This document shows positions 51,335 through 53,360 of a stretch of DNA of 53,360 nt, piece after piece. Every line of letters begins with the position of its first letter. Positions within the stretch are counted from its first letter, which is position 1. A model generated the notes under the pieces. That model did no database searches. It was not told where the DNA came from and saw only the letters and a list, made by a program, of their open reading frames with translations. The stretch is from contig NC_068986.1 in NCBI RefSeq assembly GCF_001194135.2, positions 47,397,158 through 47,450,517 on the forward strand. The letters run 5' to 3'. The translations under genes and the position numbers were made by a program. This stretch comes from Octopus bimaculoides (lineage: Eukaryota).

Positions 51335-51560
51335 CCCGCGCCTTTGATTGAGAATTCTTGACGACAAGCTAAAACTTAGCTCAGTGACATGTGTTATTGT
51401 GTAATTGAGGCACGAGGCACAAGACGCTACATAAACGATATTCCCTGAGCTGTCAACGGTTATCGACTGCTGGACGGTAGGGTAACTGTTGGCACATTTA
51501 AAAGTAGCAATTAAATAATATGCACATGGGATATACAGAAGCCATCTGCTTCTCGGATTA
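51335..51560 (-). mobile_element. Probable decayed GIY-YIG endonuclease remnant of a second Penelope-like element
   Basis: ORF 51218-51628 contains SITVDSSGNIVYVASCASCLNYTITHVTELSFSLSSRILNQRR. This aligns by eye to the PLE pattern NVVY.I.C..C...YVGET.R.L..RI.EH.R, with the catalytic residues degenerate. Confidence 0.5.
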
Positions 51561-53360
51561 GAAGGGTGACTGACTAGAGCATGATGTCTGGAGATATGGA
51601 TAGCAACTTGTAAGTGATTCAATGTCATGCCGATAACTTCTTGAAGTAGAATGTGGTGGGGAACGGTTATCCTATCCGAACTCTATCCGATCTGTATGTT
51701 ATTAAAACAGCGCAATACTTTAATGCTTTATTATATTTCTCCATTTCCCATTCTCTCTCTCACACACATACTCTCACTCACCCTCTCTCTCATCCCCCTC
51801 TCTCTCACCCTCTTTCTTTTTCTCAGCAAAAAGACTATGTCAGGAATTCCTTATCTGGAAACGGCTAGTTAAGTTTTAACTGCTTTTGATCTTTCCGCTT
51901 CGTTTTTAGTATATCATGCACAATTTGTAAGATACAAGTTATCTTAGATATGTTATTTTACTTTTTTATTCACTAGTATCTAATCAAATGTATTTCTCTT
52001 AATTACCTGACCATTCTTTAAAGATAATTCAAAATATACATACATGTAATTATATAGACACATATACACACACGTGTGTGTGTGTGTGTTTGTGTGTGTG
52101 AGTGTGTACGTGTGTATTTAAGTTTAGTTAAAATGACATCTGGTTATTTGGCTGACTAATAAACATCTTAAATTTTAATTTCAAATCATATCACATTTTT
52201 AACGGTGCTTCCGAAGAGAAAAAAAAATAAAAGAAACAAAAGAAACGAAAACTTTATGCGTGAATTAGTTATTGCTATTAACTTGACTAATTGGACTATA
52301 GCCAAAGATAACCTAACCTGTTTTCTACTAACAGATGTCGAATGCTAAACGATCTTTCACACACACACACACATACACAAAGCAGACATGCATACACACA
52401 CAATATGTATGTATGTATGCATGCATGTATATATATATATATATATGAAATTCCTCAAGGCGGTGCCCCAGCTTGGCAGCTGTCTGATGACTAAAACAAG
52501 AAATATATTACATTATATATATAAATATATATATTGAGTGTGAGTGTATGCTATGTATATGCATGTATATGTGTGTATGCATATATAAGTATATTTATAC
52601 ATACATATATACTTATATGTATGTATAAATATATGTATATATATATATTAACAGCAATGGAATGACAAAATGCTTAGCTCAAAATGCTATGTAATAATAG
52701 TTCCGGCTCTTTACAGTCTAAGTTCAAAACTTCCCAACTCAGCTTTGTCCTCTATCCTCCGGGATCAATAAATTAAGTGCCATTTAAAAACAATTGTCGA
52801 TATAATCGATTATATACCTATAAATTTCAGGATTTCTATTACTCTCTCTCTCTTTTGTTTTTCTTTTGTAACGATCAAAATTCGAGGAACCTAATATTAT
52901 TTATAGCCTTTATCTGTTTCTTATAGCTTTACCGTTCCAAAACAAGAATTATTTCACGTTCCCTCACAGCTATGTATATAATATAAAGGACTGGGATATT
53001 GTTTAAAAGCATTTGGGTTGCTTCACACCTTCTTGGTTGGTTCATTTACGCCATCTCAGTTGGCTGATTCACGTCATCTTGGTTGTCAGATGACGTTAGA
53101 GATAAAGGAGAGAAAAATGACATTCCCTTCGTTAATTTTACATCGAGATAAGAACATTGGGACAAATTGGCCAACAGTTGGAATTCAGCGTGGGACTGGA
53201 ACAATAGAATTTGCTCAAACGCCACTGGGGCATATAGTCATTATAAACGTATTATAGTCATGCTATTGAACTCTCTTTAGATTTGTGCTGCCGGCCCAAA
53301 TAGAGTTCCGATGGAGCGAGCTTAAAAGCCCGCAGGGAGTGCATCTTTTAAGCTAGTATA

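Overview
AT-rich, microsatellite-dense eukaryotic DNA from a gapped assembly (six N-gaps, most next to (TA)n or (CA)n). The repeat families look like those of Octopus; this is my recognition, not a database result. I can support no complete, nameable host gene; most ORF-track entries are translations of microsatellites or SINEs. Recognisable coding remnants are all decayed transposons: a Tx1-like L1 LINE (+, ~32.7-34.3 kb), an R4/Dong-like RLE retrotransposon sitting in (TAA)n (-, 39.6-40.8 kb), a DD37D Tc1/mariner fragment (+, 48.5-48.9 kb), a Naiad-like Penelope element (-, 49.4-50.85 kb) and a probable second Penelope-type GIY-YIG remnant (-, 51.3-51.6 kb). There are also many tRNA-derived SINEs, several MITEs and a few isolated candidate exons. 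The most interesting signals are: (1) a tRNA-headed SINE carrying a hammerhead-ribozyme core (23.8-24.05 kb); (2) a 185-bp patch apparently copied from 10 kb away into the middle of a SINE; (3) a switch from CpG-decayed to CpG-retaining DNA at ~29.5-31.5 kb beside a CCAAT-box cluster; (4) two unrelated elements embedded in (TAA)n; (5) a four-copy SINE stack. Coordinates of decayed repeats are approximate.
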